64,000 nucleotides of DNA from the NCBI RefSeq assembly GCF_009914755.1, contig NC_060947.1; one strand, written 5' to 3'. The DNA comes from the human T2T-CHM13v2.0 reference genome, Homo sapiens. This document shows, in pieces, positions 1 to 12,783 of this stretch. The translations under genes were made by a program, and so were the position numbers. The notes under the pieces were generated by a model. It was not told the origin of the DNA, searched no databases, and worked only from the letters and a program-made list of their open reading frames with translations. Position 1 is the stretch's first letter, and each line of letters opens with the position of its first letter.

Positions 1-460
1 TGGGCCCGGGCCCCGCGCAGGCCCCGCCGACCGATCGACCCGCAAGAGCTCGAGCCTCAGGACGGCGGGACCCCAACACTAGCGCGCCCCGCCGGCCGCC
101 GGGAGAGCGACGTCCGCCCCGCCCTCGCCCCACCCTCGCCCCGCCCTCTCCCCACCCTCGCCCCGCCCTCGGGTTCTCCAGACTGAGCCTTGCTTCAGGG
201 GCCACTGCCTCGGTCCCTCCTCCACGAGCCCGCACAGCTCCATCCGCTCCACATCACGTCACTGCGGGCCCCGCCCCCCAGCATAGCTCCGCCCCTAACA
301 GCCTCGCCCCCGGCAGAGAGGCCGTCGGCGTAGCGGCCCCGCCCACTAGACCCGCCCTGCATTCTCAGCTCCGCCCACCGCCCGGTTCCGCCCACAAAGC
401 CCTGCCTCTTTTCGGGCGCCTCCCAAGGCAGGAGCGGATTGAAGGGCGGAGCTGCCAGGG
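1..460 (-). promoter_or_regulatory. SMIM10L2B: CpG island / GC-box promoter and 5'UTR, probably of SMIM10L2B (gene continues left of the window)
   Basis: Very high GC and CpG density; clustered GCCCCGCCC (Sp/KLF) boxes at ~114-170; TCACGTCA CRE/ATF-like site at 254-261. The gene name is inferred only from remembered gene order with ETDB and CT55. Base 1 may be the A of the minus-strand ATG (...GGGCCCA|TG). Confidence 0.55.
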
Positions 461-1291
461 ATCGATTGCTGTGACACTGTCTCCTAGGGTGGAGCAGGAG
501 TGGAGGAGGACAGTCTGGACCGCTAAGCTGATTCTGTACAGAAAGCACATGCAGAAGACTCTGCCTGTTCATATCACTCCCCTTCTCCCACGGTCTCCCC
601 TGAAAACTTGCCAGCCAAGACCTTTCTTTAATTCGCATTTCTCTTTAATGCGCATAGTGCAGTAATTCTGCGCTAAAGAGTGCCACCAAACCCACAAGCG
701 TGCATTTTTCCCTTTCTGTTGTATTTGCTGGTCACGTATATCTCTGTGTTGGCGAATTTCCCCGTTGTCCTTCCCTTTCTCAGCAGTCTTCTTGATCCAT
801 ACAATGTTGTCTCGGGTTTTCATTTGCTCTTATTTATGGCCTTTTTTTTTTTTTGCCGGTGTGCTTAAAAGCCCTTTTGTGGTTTCATTCAATCTTTATT
901 AAATGTAAACCAATCAAAACCCAGTAGCGTTTTTTCGGACTGTTTAATAAAGCCGGGAAATACTCACACTTTGTTATGGTCATGACTTTTGAAAAACTGT
1001 CCGCAAGAAGAAGGTTCACCCGACCCCATCCCAGTTTTCACAGCAAAGATTGACGTGGGTATTTAAGAACTCTCAAAATACCTGTTCGCCGTCACACTTG
1101 ATCATCTCTATGGTATCCCACGTAACTGTTTAAGGAACGTAGTAGATTCATATACACTGATTAGGCAATTGTCCTACCTACATGATCATGTAAAAAAAGA
1201 CAAAACTGAGCATCAAGGAAACTGAAGGAAATGGTGTGGTGCAGGGCTGATTGGTAGTCCACTTTTCCACCTGCTGCCAAACACAATTAAA

Positions 1292-1425
1292 TAATTTTTT
1301 AGAGAAAGGGTCTCACTCTGTTGCCCAGGCTGCAGTGCAGTGGTTTAGTCATAGCTCATGGCAGCCTTGAACTTCTGGGCTCAGGCGATCCTCCTGCCTC
1401 AGGCTCTGGAGTAGCTAGGACAATA
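1292..1425 (-). mobile_element. Alu monomer fragment (FLAM/AluJ-like)
   Basis: ttttttagagaaagggtctcactctgttgcccaggctgcagtgcagtgg...gatcctcctgcctcag is antisense Alu sequence. Confidence 0.8.
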
Positions 1426-1429
1426 GATG

Positions 1430-2640
1430 GGGCTACAAATTCTATATCCATGAATACATCTTTTAAGGATGAAATGGAAATAAAGATATTTTCAGATAAA
1501 AGAAGATTAAGAGAATTTGTGAGTAACAGACCTATGCTTAAAGAATGGCAGAAAGAAGTTCCCTAAACAGAAATAACAGAAAGATGATGGCATTTCAGGA
1601 AGGAAAAAGAACAATTGGAAAGAGTAAATATAGGGGTAGATATAATAGACCATCCTCCTCATGAGTTTTTAAAATGATGTTTGATGGTTGAAGCAGAAAC
1701 TATTATGTCATCTGATGTGATGCTTAATATATAGAGAGGAAATACTTAAAACATTTGTATTAAAAGTGAGGCAGGTAAATAAACCTAAATGGAAGTAAGA
1801 TTTCTACAACTTACTGGAAGTGGTTTAAAATATCCATGGTAGTAGAATGTGATAAGTTAATATGTATATTGTAATTCCTATTGATATGGTTTGGCTCTGT
1901 GTCCCCACCCAAATCTCATCTTGAATTGTAATCCCTATAATCCTCACATGTCAAGGGCCAGACCAGGTGGAGGTAATTCAATCATGGAGACAGTTTCCCC
2001 CATGCTGTTCTTGTGATAATGAGTGAGTCTCACAAGAGCTGATGGTTTTATAGATGTCTGTGTCTGGCATTTCCCCTGCTTGCACTCACTCCGTCCTGCC
2101 ACCCTGTTAAGAAGGTGCCTGCTTCTCTTTTGCCTTCTGCCATGATTGAAAGTTTCCTGAGGCCTCCCCAGCAATGTGGAACTGTGAGTCAATTAAACCT
2201 CTTTCCTTTATAAATTACCCAGTCTCTGGTATTTCTTTGTAGCAGCGTGAGACCGAACTAATACACCTACAGTAACCACTAAAGTAACTATACAAAGACA
2301 TATATTTTTTAAAAAAGCACTATGGATAAATCAAAATGAAGTTCTAAAGAGTGTTCAAGTAACCCAAAGGAAGGTAATATATGGAAACAGAAGAACAAGA
2401 AACAAAATTAACAAAGAAAAAACATATAATAATATGTCACACTGAAGTCCTAATATATCAATAATTAATGTACATGTAAGTGGTCTAAGCATACCAATTA
2501 AAAGATAGAGATAGGTAGAATGGATATAAAACAAAAACCATGACTCAAGTATATCCTATTTATAAGAAACTCACTTCAAATGTTCTTAATTTTAAAGATT
2601 TACTCATTCTCAAGCATAATTTAATGTTCCCCATAAACAA
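1430..2640 (+). mobile_element. Old L1M fragment (ORF1 end, spacer, ORF2 start), split by an MST LTR
   Basis: Translates SFKDEMEIKIFSDKRRLREFVSNRPMLKE (L1 ORF1 C-terminus); later aatgtacatgtaagtggtctaagcataccaattaaaaga (ORF2 endonuclease start). Confidence 0.8.
1882..2265 (+). mobile_element. MSTA-type MaLR solo LTR
   Basis: Starts TGATATGGTTTGGCTCTGTGTCCCCACCCAAATCTC, ends CTAATACA; 5-bp TSD cctat/cctac. Confidence 0.9.
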
Positions 2641-3956
2641 ACCATTTCCCCCCAAAACTATACATAATTTTATAATGGAAATAAATTTTAGAAATTGAAC
2701 TTGGAAGCTCAAAATCTTACAATTGGAGAGGATCTTTAAGACCATCTATTTTAATATCCTCCCTCATAGAGGACTTATTTTAACAATATCCCTGACCAAT
2801 GATGAATTTCCAGCTGGTGCTAGAACGATTAAGTGACAGGAACGTTATTGCTTCTCAAGATGGTCCATTCCTTATTTCGAACAAAGACAGTTTCAATCCA
2901 TTGGTATAAATTCTAAATTTTGCACAATAGTAGGTTAACCCTTTAGCATGGTAGACTTTCAGATAGTTGAAGTTAACACTCATGTTTCCTTACTAAATAT
3001 TTGTTCTCTAAACAACAAACTTTTCTTTCAAGTGTTCTTCATAAGGTCAGTTCCTTTATCATCTGCATCGCAGTCCTCTGGAAATAGGCCATTTTATCAA
3101 TGTTTCTCTTAAAATGAGGCACCTGCAATGGGACTGTATACTACATATGTGGGGTACCAGTTTTATTTTATTTTTTCTATATAGATGTTTGGCTTCAGAA
3201 AGAATGAGATTAGAACATGCTTATTTATTTACTAGTATTTATTTTTAACAGATTTTTTGAGATATAATTTATATATCATAAAATCCATCCTTTTAAAATG
3301 TGCAACTCAATAGTTTTTAGGATATTTGCAAAGTTGTACAACCATCACCACTATCTCATTTTAGAACATTTTTCTTCCACAAAAAAGAAACTCTGTACCC
3401 CTTAGCAATGAATCCCCATTCTCCCCTCCCCCATCCCCTTGTAAGGGGGTATTTTGATTTATCTATAGTGTTTTTTTTTTTTAAATATATGTCTTTTTAT
3501 GGATACTTTAGTGGTTACTCTGGGTATTACAATATACATATTAACTTATCACAATCTACTGGCATCGACATTTTAAACCATTTCCAGTAAGGTGTAGAAA
3601 TCTTCCATTTAGGGCTATTTACCCTCCTCACTTTTAATACAAATGTTTTAGGTATGTCCTCTACATATATTGAGCATCGCATCAGATGACATAATAGTTT
3701 CTGCTTCAACCATCAAACACCATTTTAAAAACTCATGAGGAGGATGGTCTATACTGGCAAAAGTTAATATACCTTCTATCTCATGGATTTGCCTATGTTG
3801 GACATTTCATATAAATGGAGCATACAATATATGGTATATTGTGAACTGATTCTTTTACTTAGCAGAAAGTTTTCAATGTTCATTATATAGTAAATATCAT
3901 TATTTCATTTTTTTATGGCTGAATAACATTCAGTTGCATAGATAGAGCAAATTTGG

Positions 3957-4552
3957 TGTAAATCAAAAGTATCTATGAGAGGTCCCAATCAATTTAGAAA
4001 GTTTATTTTGCCAAGGTTAAGGATGCATCTGTGACACAGCCTCAGGAGTTACTGATGACATGTGTCAGAGGTGGCTGGGGTACAGCTTGGTTTTATACAT
4101 TTTAGGGAGACATGAGGCATCAATCAATACATGTTAAGATGGACATTGCTTTGGGCTAGAAAGGCAGGACAACTAGAAGCAGGGGAGTGGGAGACTTCCA
4201 GGTTATATGTAGATTTAAAGATTTTCTGATTGGCAATTGGTTGAAAGAGTTATTATCAATAGAAAGGAATGTCTTGGTTATGAGAAAGGGTTGTGGAGAC
4301 CAAGGTTTATCATGCAGATGAAGCCTTCAGGTAGCAGGCTTCGGAGAGAATAGATTGTAAGTGTTTCTTATCAGAGTTAGAGTTTCTTCTATCAGTAATT
4401 CCAAAAGGGAGGAGGGTATAATGAGGTATTTCTGGGTCCCCCTTGCAATCATGGCCTGAATTAGTTTTTCAGGTTAACTTTGGAATGCCTTTGGATGATA
4501 GGAGGAATCCATTCAGATGGTTGTGTGACCTAAGAATTTTATTTTTGGTTTA
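3957..4552. mobile_element. MER4-group ERV1 solo LTR
   Basis: tgtaaatcaaaagtatc...caatcaatttagaaagtttattttgccaaggttaagg...gcagatgaagcc...tttatttttggtttat. Confidence 0.8.
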
Positions 4553-5434
4553 TGATGGACGTTTGGGTTGTTTCCATTTTTTTAACTATTGTGAATAATA
4601 CTGCTGTGAATGCTTATGTACAAATTTTTGTGTGGGCATATATTTTCATTTCTCTTGGGTATATAACTAGCGGTGAAATTGCTGGACTATGTGGTAACTC
4701 AATGTTTAACTTTCTGAGGAACAGCCAGAGGGTTTGCCAAAATGGCTGTAACATTTAACAATCCCACTAGCAATGTATGAAAGTTATAAGTTCTCCACAT
4801 CCTTGCCAACATTTTTTATTGCCTGTCTTTTGTATTGTAACACCCTAGTGGATATGCATCTCACTGTGATTTTGATTTTTAAGCACCCAGTGACTAATTA
4901 TGTTGAGTATGTTGTTGTGTGCTTGTTGGCCATCTTTGGCACAATGATGTGCAACCATCACCACTATCTAGGTCCAAATCTTTTTTACCACCCCAAATGA
5001 TACTCATTAAGCAGTTACAACCCATCCTCTTCCTGGTCCTAGCTCATGGCAACCACGAATCTGCTTTCTGTCTCTTTAAATTTGCCTATTCTGGATATTT
5101 CATGTAGATGAAATCATATAGTATGTGTTCTTTGTCATTAGCTTATTTCACTTACCATAATGTTTTTGAAGTTCATCCATGTGGTAGCATCTCTCAGTGC
5201 TTCATTTTTATGGCTGAATAATAATGGATGTACCAAATTTTGTTTATTCATCCATTTAAGGGCATTTGCTTCATTTCCACCTTTTAACTATTGTAAATAC
5301 TGCAACTATGGACATTTTGTACAAGTATGTGTTTGAATGTTTGTTTTCAATTCATTTGGGTGTACGGTACGTGAATGTTTGTTTTCAATTCTTTTGGGTA
5401 TACTACCTCAAAGAAAAATTGCTGGGTCATATGG

Positions 5435-5852
5435 TATTATATGGTTTGGATATTGGTCCCCTCCAAATCTCATGTTGAAATATGACCCCCAATATTGGAG
5501 GTGGGGCCTGATGAAAGGTGATTAGATCATGGGGATGCATCTTTCATGAATGGCTTAGTGCCATCCTCTTGGTGATGAGTGAGTTCTCTCTCAGTTCGAG
5601 CAAGATCTGGTTATTTAAATGAGTCTGGGATCTCCTCCTTCACTCTCTCTTGCTTCTACTTTTGCCATGTGATGTGCCTGCTCCTGCTTCACCTTCTGCC
5701 ATGATTGTAAGCTTCCTAAGGCATCACCAGAAGCTGAACAGATGCTGGTGTCATGCTTGTACAGGCTGCAGAACTGTAAGCCAATTACACCTCTTTTCTT
5801 TACAAATTACTCAGCTTCAAGTATTTCTTGATAGCAACACAAAAATGGATAA
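5435..5852 (+). mobile_element. MSTB-like MaLR LTR
   Basis: atggtttggatattggtcccctccaaatctcatgttgaaa...gccatgattgtaagcttcc. Confidence 0.8.
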
Positions 5853-7319
5853 ATGCATGGCAGTTCTGTATTGAACATTCTGAGGAAATGCCAAACTGTT
5901 TTTCACATTGGGTGCACGTTGCCTCTCTCCCTTCACCTTAACCTCTGGAAGATCTCATTCAGTGAGAGACTTCCCTTTATATGCAAGTCATGTAAATGAA
6001 GATTGTTGTGTGCTGTGTCCACCTCATGGTCATATCTTTTTCTTTGATCAGCTCTGAAATCCCTCAAGCTCACTACACTCTTCTAGAACAGATTTGTTTT
6101 AGTGAGATTTTAGTGAAACAGCCCTGGCTGGAGCATCTGCACCTCAACATGGCCCTGCCCTCCAAAAAGTAACCCAAGCCTTCCTCTGCCCCGCCACTTT
6201 CATAGCATGCCATGTGCTCCAGCAAAGGGGCATGGCAGCTGGAGAGAGGAAAATGCCCCTGCTTCATAAGCAACTGGATATCGTTTCTTAATGAATTAGC
6301 ATTTTGCACATCAGCCTGAGCTCCCAGCAGCTGTGCTGGGGCCACTGAGGCTCTGCCTGCCTGCATCTGCCTGCTGCCCCCTGTATGGGGGAGTAGTCTG
6401 TGTTCTGGACAAAGGGATACTTTGCAGGTAGCTTTTAGAACACAACAGCCAGTGAAATTTCTTCTGTCCAGCCACAGCAAATGGAGCCCTAGAGCCCTCC
6501 AACTTTCCGGTCAACATTGAGATTTAGAGGAAATATCACCCCGTGCCTCTCTTCCTTACTTTTCATTTCTTCAGTTTATAGTGTTCTTTCTGAAATCCTG
6601 GAATTCTGGCAGAAGCTGTGGAACTTCCATTTCCTTTCCAGCACTAATGGTTCCCAACCCAAGGATTATTTGGAACGCAGAAGGTGGCCATTGCCACCAA
6701 TCGAGAGAATAGTTTGTCATTTTATGTGTCTGTTTCTAATATTTTATTGAGAGTGAGAGAACAGTCCTCCTCTTTTTAGAATTTTAAAAAACATTTTTGT
6801 AAATGTATCAAAAATTGTTGCTCACTGGCTGTTAAAACTCCAAGTTCTTCAGTTTTTACAGACTGAATTTCCTGTTTGTAGCCAGCTCTAGTTGTCACCT
6901 TGTCTGTGGGAGGATTCAGAATTGGGACCAAAAATTGTTGTAGCCTCATTTATCTTCCCCAGGTACCATGCCAGCTGGCACACACAGAAACGTGGTGATG
7001 ATCGTGTCAGGTTTCTATCAAGTCATAAAATATTTCCATTGTAAGAGTCTGATTGTTATATTCATGTTGCACTTTAGCTTTTTTAGCATCTTTAAATTTC
7101 AGCAGCCATCTTGAAGAGTAATTATCGTCTAAAATCCAGTAATTTGAAAGGGTTGTGACTAAAGGGTTGTGACAGGTCTCTGTTGCCTGTACTTGCAGTG
7201 AAGGGGGCTTGTAAGGAGGTGGAAACTGAGGCTCTGAGATAGGTTAGGTGGGAGTCTGTGAACCCAGTGTATTTGCATTCACAATCAGCATTATTATTTA
7301 TTTATTTTTAAATTTCAAC

Positions 7320-7620
7320 TTTTATTTTATTTTATTTTCTGAGACAGGCTCTTGTGCTGTCACCCAAGCTGGAGTTCAGTCATGCGATCTTGGCTCACTG
7401 CAACCTCTGCCTCCCAGGCTCAAGCAATCCTGCCTCAGCCTCTTGAGCAGCTGGGACTACAGGCCATGCCACCATGCCCCGCTAATTAAAATTTTTTTGT
7501 GTAGAGATGGGGGTCTCACTATGTTGCCCAGGCTGGTCTCAAACTCCTAGGCTCAAGCAATCTTTCCACCTGAACCTCCCAAAGTGCTGGAATTACAGGC
7601 ATGAGTCACTGTGCCCAGTC
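7320..7620 (-). mobile_element. AluJ inserted in the L1 tail
   Basis: Antisense Alu dimer; flanking tcaacttttatttta / tcagcttttatttta resemble a TSD. Confidence 0.85.
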
Positions 7621-10600
7621 TCAGCTTTTATTTTAGATACACAGGGGTACATTTGCAGGTTTGTTACATGGAAATATTGTGTGATGCTGAGGTTTTGGAT
7701 ATGAATCCTGTCACCCAGCTAGTGAGCATTGTATCCAACAGATCGGTTTTCAACTCACCCTTCTCCCTTCCTCCCTCCTCCCCCTTCTAGTAGTCCACAG
7801 TGTCTATTGTTTCCATATTTATATCCATGTGTGCTTAATGTTTAGTTCCCATTTTTGAGCTGGAACATGTGCTATTTGGTTTACTGTTCCTGTGTTCATT
7901 CGCTTAGGATTATGACCTCCAGCTCCATCCATGTTTCTGCAAAGTAGTAAGATTTCATTCTTTTTTATGGCTGCATAGTATTCCATGGTGTATTTGTGCC
8001 ACATTTGTTTTATCCAATCTACCATTGATGGGCACCTGGGTTGATTCAGTATCTTTGCTATTGTGAATAGTGCAACCATGAACACATGAGTGCATGTGTT
8101 TTCTTGGTATAATGATTTATTTTCATTTGAGTATATACCAGTAATGGGATTGCTGGGTTGAATGGTAGCTGTTTTAAGTTTTTTGAGAAATCTGCAGACT
8201 ACTTTCCACAGTGGCTGAATTTATTTACATTCCTATCAACAGGTATAAGCATTCTCTTTGCAGCCTCGCCAGCATCTGTCATTTTTTGACTTTTTAGTAA
8301 TAGCCATTGTGACTGGTGTGAGATGGTATATCACTGTGGTTTTGATTTCCATTTCTCTGATGATTCGTGATATTGAGCATTTTATAATATTTGTTGGCCA
8401 CCTGTATGTCTTCTTTTGAGAAGTGTCTGTGCATATCCTTTGCCCATTTTTAATGGAGTTATTTGTTTTTTCTTGTCAATTTAAGTTCACTATAGATTCT
8501 AGATATTAGGCCTTTCTTGGATGCATAGTTTGTGAATATGTTATCCCATTATGCATGTTATCTGTGTTTTTTTTTTCTCTATTGACAGTTTCTTTTGCTG
8601 TGTAGAAGCTCTTTAGTTTAATTAGGTCTTATTTGTCCGTTTTTGTTTTTGTTGCAATTGCTTTTGGGGACTTAGTCAAAAATTCTTTGCCAAGGCTGAT
8701 GTTGAGAAGAGTATTTTTTAGGCTGTCTTCCAGGATTTTTAGAGTTTGAGGTCTTACATTTAACTCTTTAATTGATTTTGAGTGAAATTTTATATATAGT
8801 GAAAGGTAGGGTTCCAGCTTTAGTCTTCTACATATGACTAGCCAGCTATCCCAGTACCATTTATTGAATAGGGAGCCCTTTCCCTATTGCTGGTTTTTCT
8901 CGGCCTTGTCGAAGATCAGATGGTTGTAGATGTGTGGCCTTATTTCCAAATTTTCTATTCTGTTCCATTGCTGTATGTGTCTGTTTTTGTACCAGTACAA
9001 AAAGCTGTTTTGATTTCTGTGGGTATATAATATAATTTGAAGTTGGGTAGTATGATGCCTCCAGCTTTGTACTTTTTTCCTAGGATTGCATTGGCTATTC
9101 AGGCTCCTTTTTGGCTTCATGTGAATTTTGGAATAGTTTTTTTTTCTAATTCTGTGAAGAATGATGTTGGCAGTTTGATATGAATAGCATTGAACCTGTA
9201 AATTGCTTTGGGCAGTATGGCCATTTCTATATTAGTTCTTCCTACCCATTAGCATGGAATTTTTAAAAATTTATTTATGTCATCTCTGATTTCTTTCATC
9301 ATTGTTTTGTAGTTGTCCTTGCAGAGATCTTTCACCTCCTTGGTTAGCTGTATTCTTAGGTATTTCATTTTCTTTGTAGCTATTGTAAGTGGGTTATGTT
9401 CTTGATTTCACTCTCAGCCTGGATATTGCAGGTGTGTAGAAATGCTCCTGAGTTTTGTACAATGATTTTGTATCCTGAAACATTACTAAAGTGATTTATC
9501 AGTTCTAGGATCCTTTTGGCACAGTCTTTAGGGGTTTCTAGGTACAGAATCATATAGTCAGTGAAGAGAGATAGTTTGACTTCTTCTTTTGCTATTTGGA
9601 TGCCTTTTATTTCTTTTTCTTGCCTGATTGCTCTAGCTAAGACTTCCAGTACTATGTTGAAAAGGGGTGGTGGGAGTGGGCATCCTTGTCTTGTTCCAGT
9701 TACCAAGGAGAATGGTTTGAGCTTTTGCCCACTCAGTATGAACCTGGCTGTGGGTTTGCCATAGAACCTTATTATTCTGAAGTTTGTTCCTTCAATGCTT
9801 AGTATGTTGAAGGTTTTCATCATGAAGGGAAGCTGGATTTTATTGAAAACTTTTTGTACATCTATTGAGATGTTCATATGATTTTCCTTTTCATTCTGTT
9901 TATGTGGTGAACCTTGTTGATTGATTTGCATATGTTGAACCAGTCATGCATCTCAGGAATGAAGCCTACCTGATCATGGTGTATTAACTTTTTGATATGC
10001 TGCTAGATTTGGTTTGTTAATATTTTGTTGAGGATTATTGCATCTATGCTCATGAGGGATATTGGTCTGAAGTTTTCTTTTTTCATTGTGTCTCTGCCAG
10101 ATTTTGGTATTAGGCTGATGTTGGCTTAATGGAATGAGTTAGAGAGGAACCCCTCCTCCTTGATTTTTTTTGGAATAGTTTCACTAGGATTGATATTAGT
10201 TATTCATTGCACATCTCATAGAATTTGGTTATGAATCCATCTGGTCCAGGGCTTCTTTTGGTTGGTAGATTCTTTATGACTGATTCAATTTCAGAAGTTG
10301 ATATTGGTCTATTCAGGGTTTCAATCTCTTCGTGATTCATTCTTGGGAGATTGTGTGCTTCTAGGAATTTATCCATTTCCTGTAAATTTTTAGTTTGTAT
10401 CCAGAGAGTTGTTCATAGTCATCTCTCAGGATCTTTTGTGTTTCTGTGAGATCAGTTGTAATATTGCCTTTGTCATTTCCGATTGTACTTATTTGGATCT
10501 TCTCTTTCTTTGTCTTTGTTAATATAGCTGGTGATCTATCAATCTTATTTCGTTTTTCAAATAACCAACTCTTGGTTTCATTGATCTTTTGTATGTATTT

Positions 10601-11287
10601 TTGCATTTCATTAAGTGCTTCTCTAACTTTAGTTATTTCTTGTCTTCTGCTAGCTTTGGGTTTTTTTTTTTCAAGTTCCTTTAGGTGCAAAGTTAGATTG
10701 TTAATTTGAGATTCTTCTAACTTCTAGCATTTAGGGCTATAAAGTTTCCTCTTATTAACACTGGTTTGGTTGCATACCAGAAATTTTTGATGTGTCCCAA
10801 TTTTCATTAATTTCAAATAATTTTTAAATTTCTTCATTAATTTTGATGTTCACCAGGGATTTATTCAAGAGTAAGTTATTTAATTTACATGTATTTTTGT
10901 AGTTTTGAGAGATATTCTTGATATAAATTTATATTTTTATTGCACTGTGGTCCAAGAGTTTGGTTGGTATGGTTTTGATTTTTTGAATTTATTGAGACTT
11001 GGTTTTATGACCAAGAATGTGGTCGATCTTAGAATATGTTCCATGTGCAAACGAGAAGAATGTACATTCTGTGGTTGTTGGGTGGAGTGTTCTGTAGATG
11101 TTTATTAGGTCCAGTTGATCAAGTGTCAAGGTTACGTCAAGAGTTTTTTTTTTTTTCTGCCTTGATATGTGTCTAACACTATCAGTGGGGTGTTAAGGTT
11201 TCCCACTATTGTTGTATGGTTGTCTACATTTTTTCAGAGGCCAAGAAGAACTTGTTTTATGAATCTGGGTGCAGGTATATTTAGGAC

Positions 11288-11346
<59 letters not shown>

Positions 11347-11347
11347 G

Positions 11348-11381
<34 letters not shown>
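11288..11381. repeat. Compound (TA)n(CA)n(TA)n microsatellite
   Basis: Read directly from the sequence. Confidence 0.95.
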
Positions 11382-12106
11382 CTCCAACATATATATCCAA
11401 TGTTGGTGCATGTATATTTAGGATAGTTAAGGCTTCTGGTTTGATTATACTCTTTATCATTATGTGATGACCTTCATTATCCTTAATCTTTAATGGTTTA
11501 AAATCTGTTTATCTGACATAAGAGTAGCAACTCCTACCCTTTTTTGTTTTCCATTTGCATGGTTGATCTTACTCCACCTTCTTACTTTGAGCCTGTAGGT
11601 GTCATTACATGTGAGATGTGTCTCTTGAAGACAACAGATGGTTGGGTCTTGTCTTTTTATCCAGCCTGCCACTCTGTATCTTTTAAGCCATTTACATACA
11701 AGTTTCAAACTGATATGTTGGATTTTGATCCTAACATTGTAATGTTAGCTGGTTGTTATGTAGACTTGATTGCATAATTGCTTTACAGTGCCTGTGGGCT
11801 ACATGATTTAAGTGTGCTTTTGTGGTAGCAGGTGTTGTTCTTTTGAATCCATATTTAGCACTTTATTAAGGATCTCTTGTAAGATTGGTCTAGGTGTACA
11901 CTATTCCTTCAGCATTTGCTTGTATGAGAAGGATTTTATTTCTCCTTCATTTGTGAAGCTTAGTTTGGTGGGATATGAAATTCTTGGTTGGAATTTCTTT
12001 TCTTTAAGGATGCTGAAAATAGGTCCACAATTTCTTCTATTGTAAGGTTTCTGCTGAGAGGTATGCTGCTAGCCTGATGGGATTCCCTATGTAAGTGACC
12101 TGCCCT

Positions 12107-12451
12107 TCTTTTCTTTTTCTTTCTTTCTTTCTTTTCTTTTCTTTTCTCTTTTCTTTTTTTTTTTTTTTTTGAGACGGAGTCTTGCTCTGTCACAGGCTGG
12201 AGTGCAATGGCACGATCTTGGCTCACTGCAACCTCTGCCTCCTGGATTCAAGTGATTCTCTTGCCTTAGCCTCCTGAGTAGCTGGGATTACAGGTGCCCA
12301 CCACCACACCTGGCTAATTTTTGTATTTTTAGTAGAGACTGGGTTTCACCATGTTGGCCAGGCTGGTCTCTAACTCCTGACCTCAAGTGATCCACCCGCC
12401 TCGGCTTCCCAAAGTGCTGGGATTACAGGTGTGAGCCACTGCACCCAGGCC
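12107..12451 (-). mobile_element. AluS with long CT-rich tail
   Basis: Antisense Alu dimer, flanked by ctgcccttctt / ctgccccttctt. Confidence 0.9.
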
Positions 12452-12489
12452 TGCCCCTTCTTTCTAGCTGCCTTTAAGATGTTTTATCT

Positions 12490-12783
12490 GGCTGAGCACA
12501 GTGGCTCTAACCTGTAATCTTAGCACTTTGGGAGGCTGAGATGGGTGGATCACTTGAGCCGAGGGGTTAAAGACCAGCCTGGGCAACATGGTTAAACCCT
12601 GCCTCTACAAAAAATGTACAAACTAGCTGGGCATGTTGGGATATGCCTGTCATCCCAGCTACTCTGAAGGCTGAGATGGGAGAATCGAATGATCCTGTTA
12701 GGCTGAGGCTGCAATGAGCCATGATTGTGCCACTGCACTTCCAGCTTGGGCAACAGAGCAAGACCGTGTCTCAAAAAAAAAAA
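12490..12783 (+). mobile_element. AluJ
   Basis: ggctgagcacagtggctc...gtctcaaaaaaaaaaa. Confidence 0.9.

Larger units (their letters stand above)
3235..5930 (-). mobile_element. Fragmented L1MB/L1MC 3' ends, interrupted by LTRs
   Basis: Antisense L1M 3'UTR motifs such as gagatataatttatatatcataaaatccatcc and ttttatggctgaataa. Confidence 0.7.

Noticed and set aside
195-868. ORFs over and next to the CpG island (147 aa, 84 aa and others)
   Set aside because: GC-rich or compositionally biased frames with no recognisable family or splice structure
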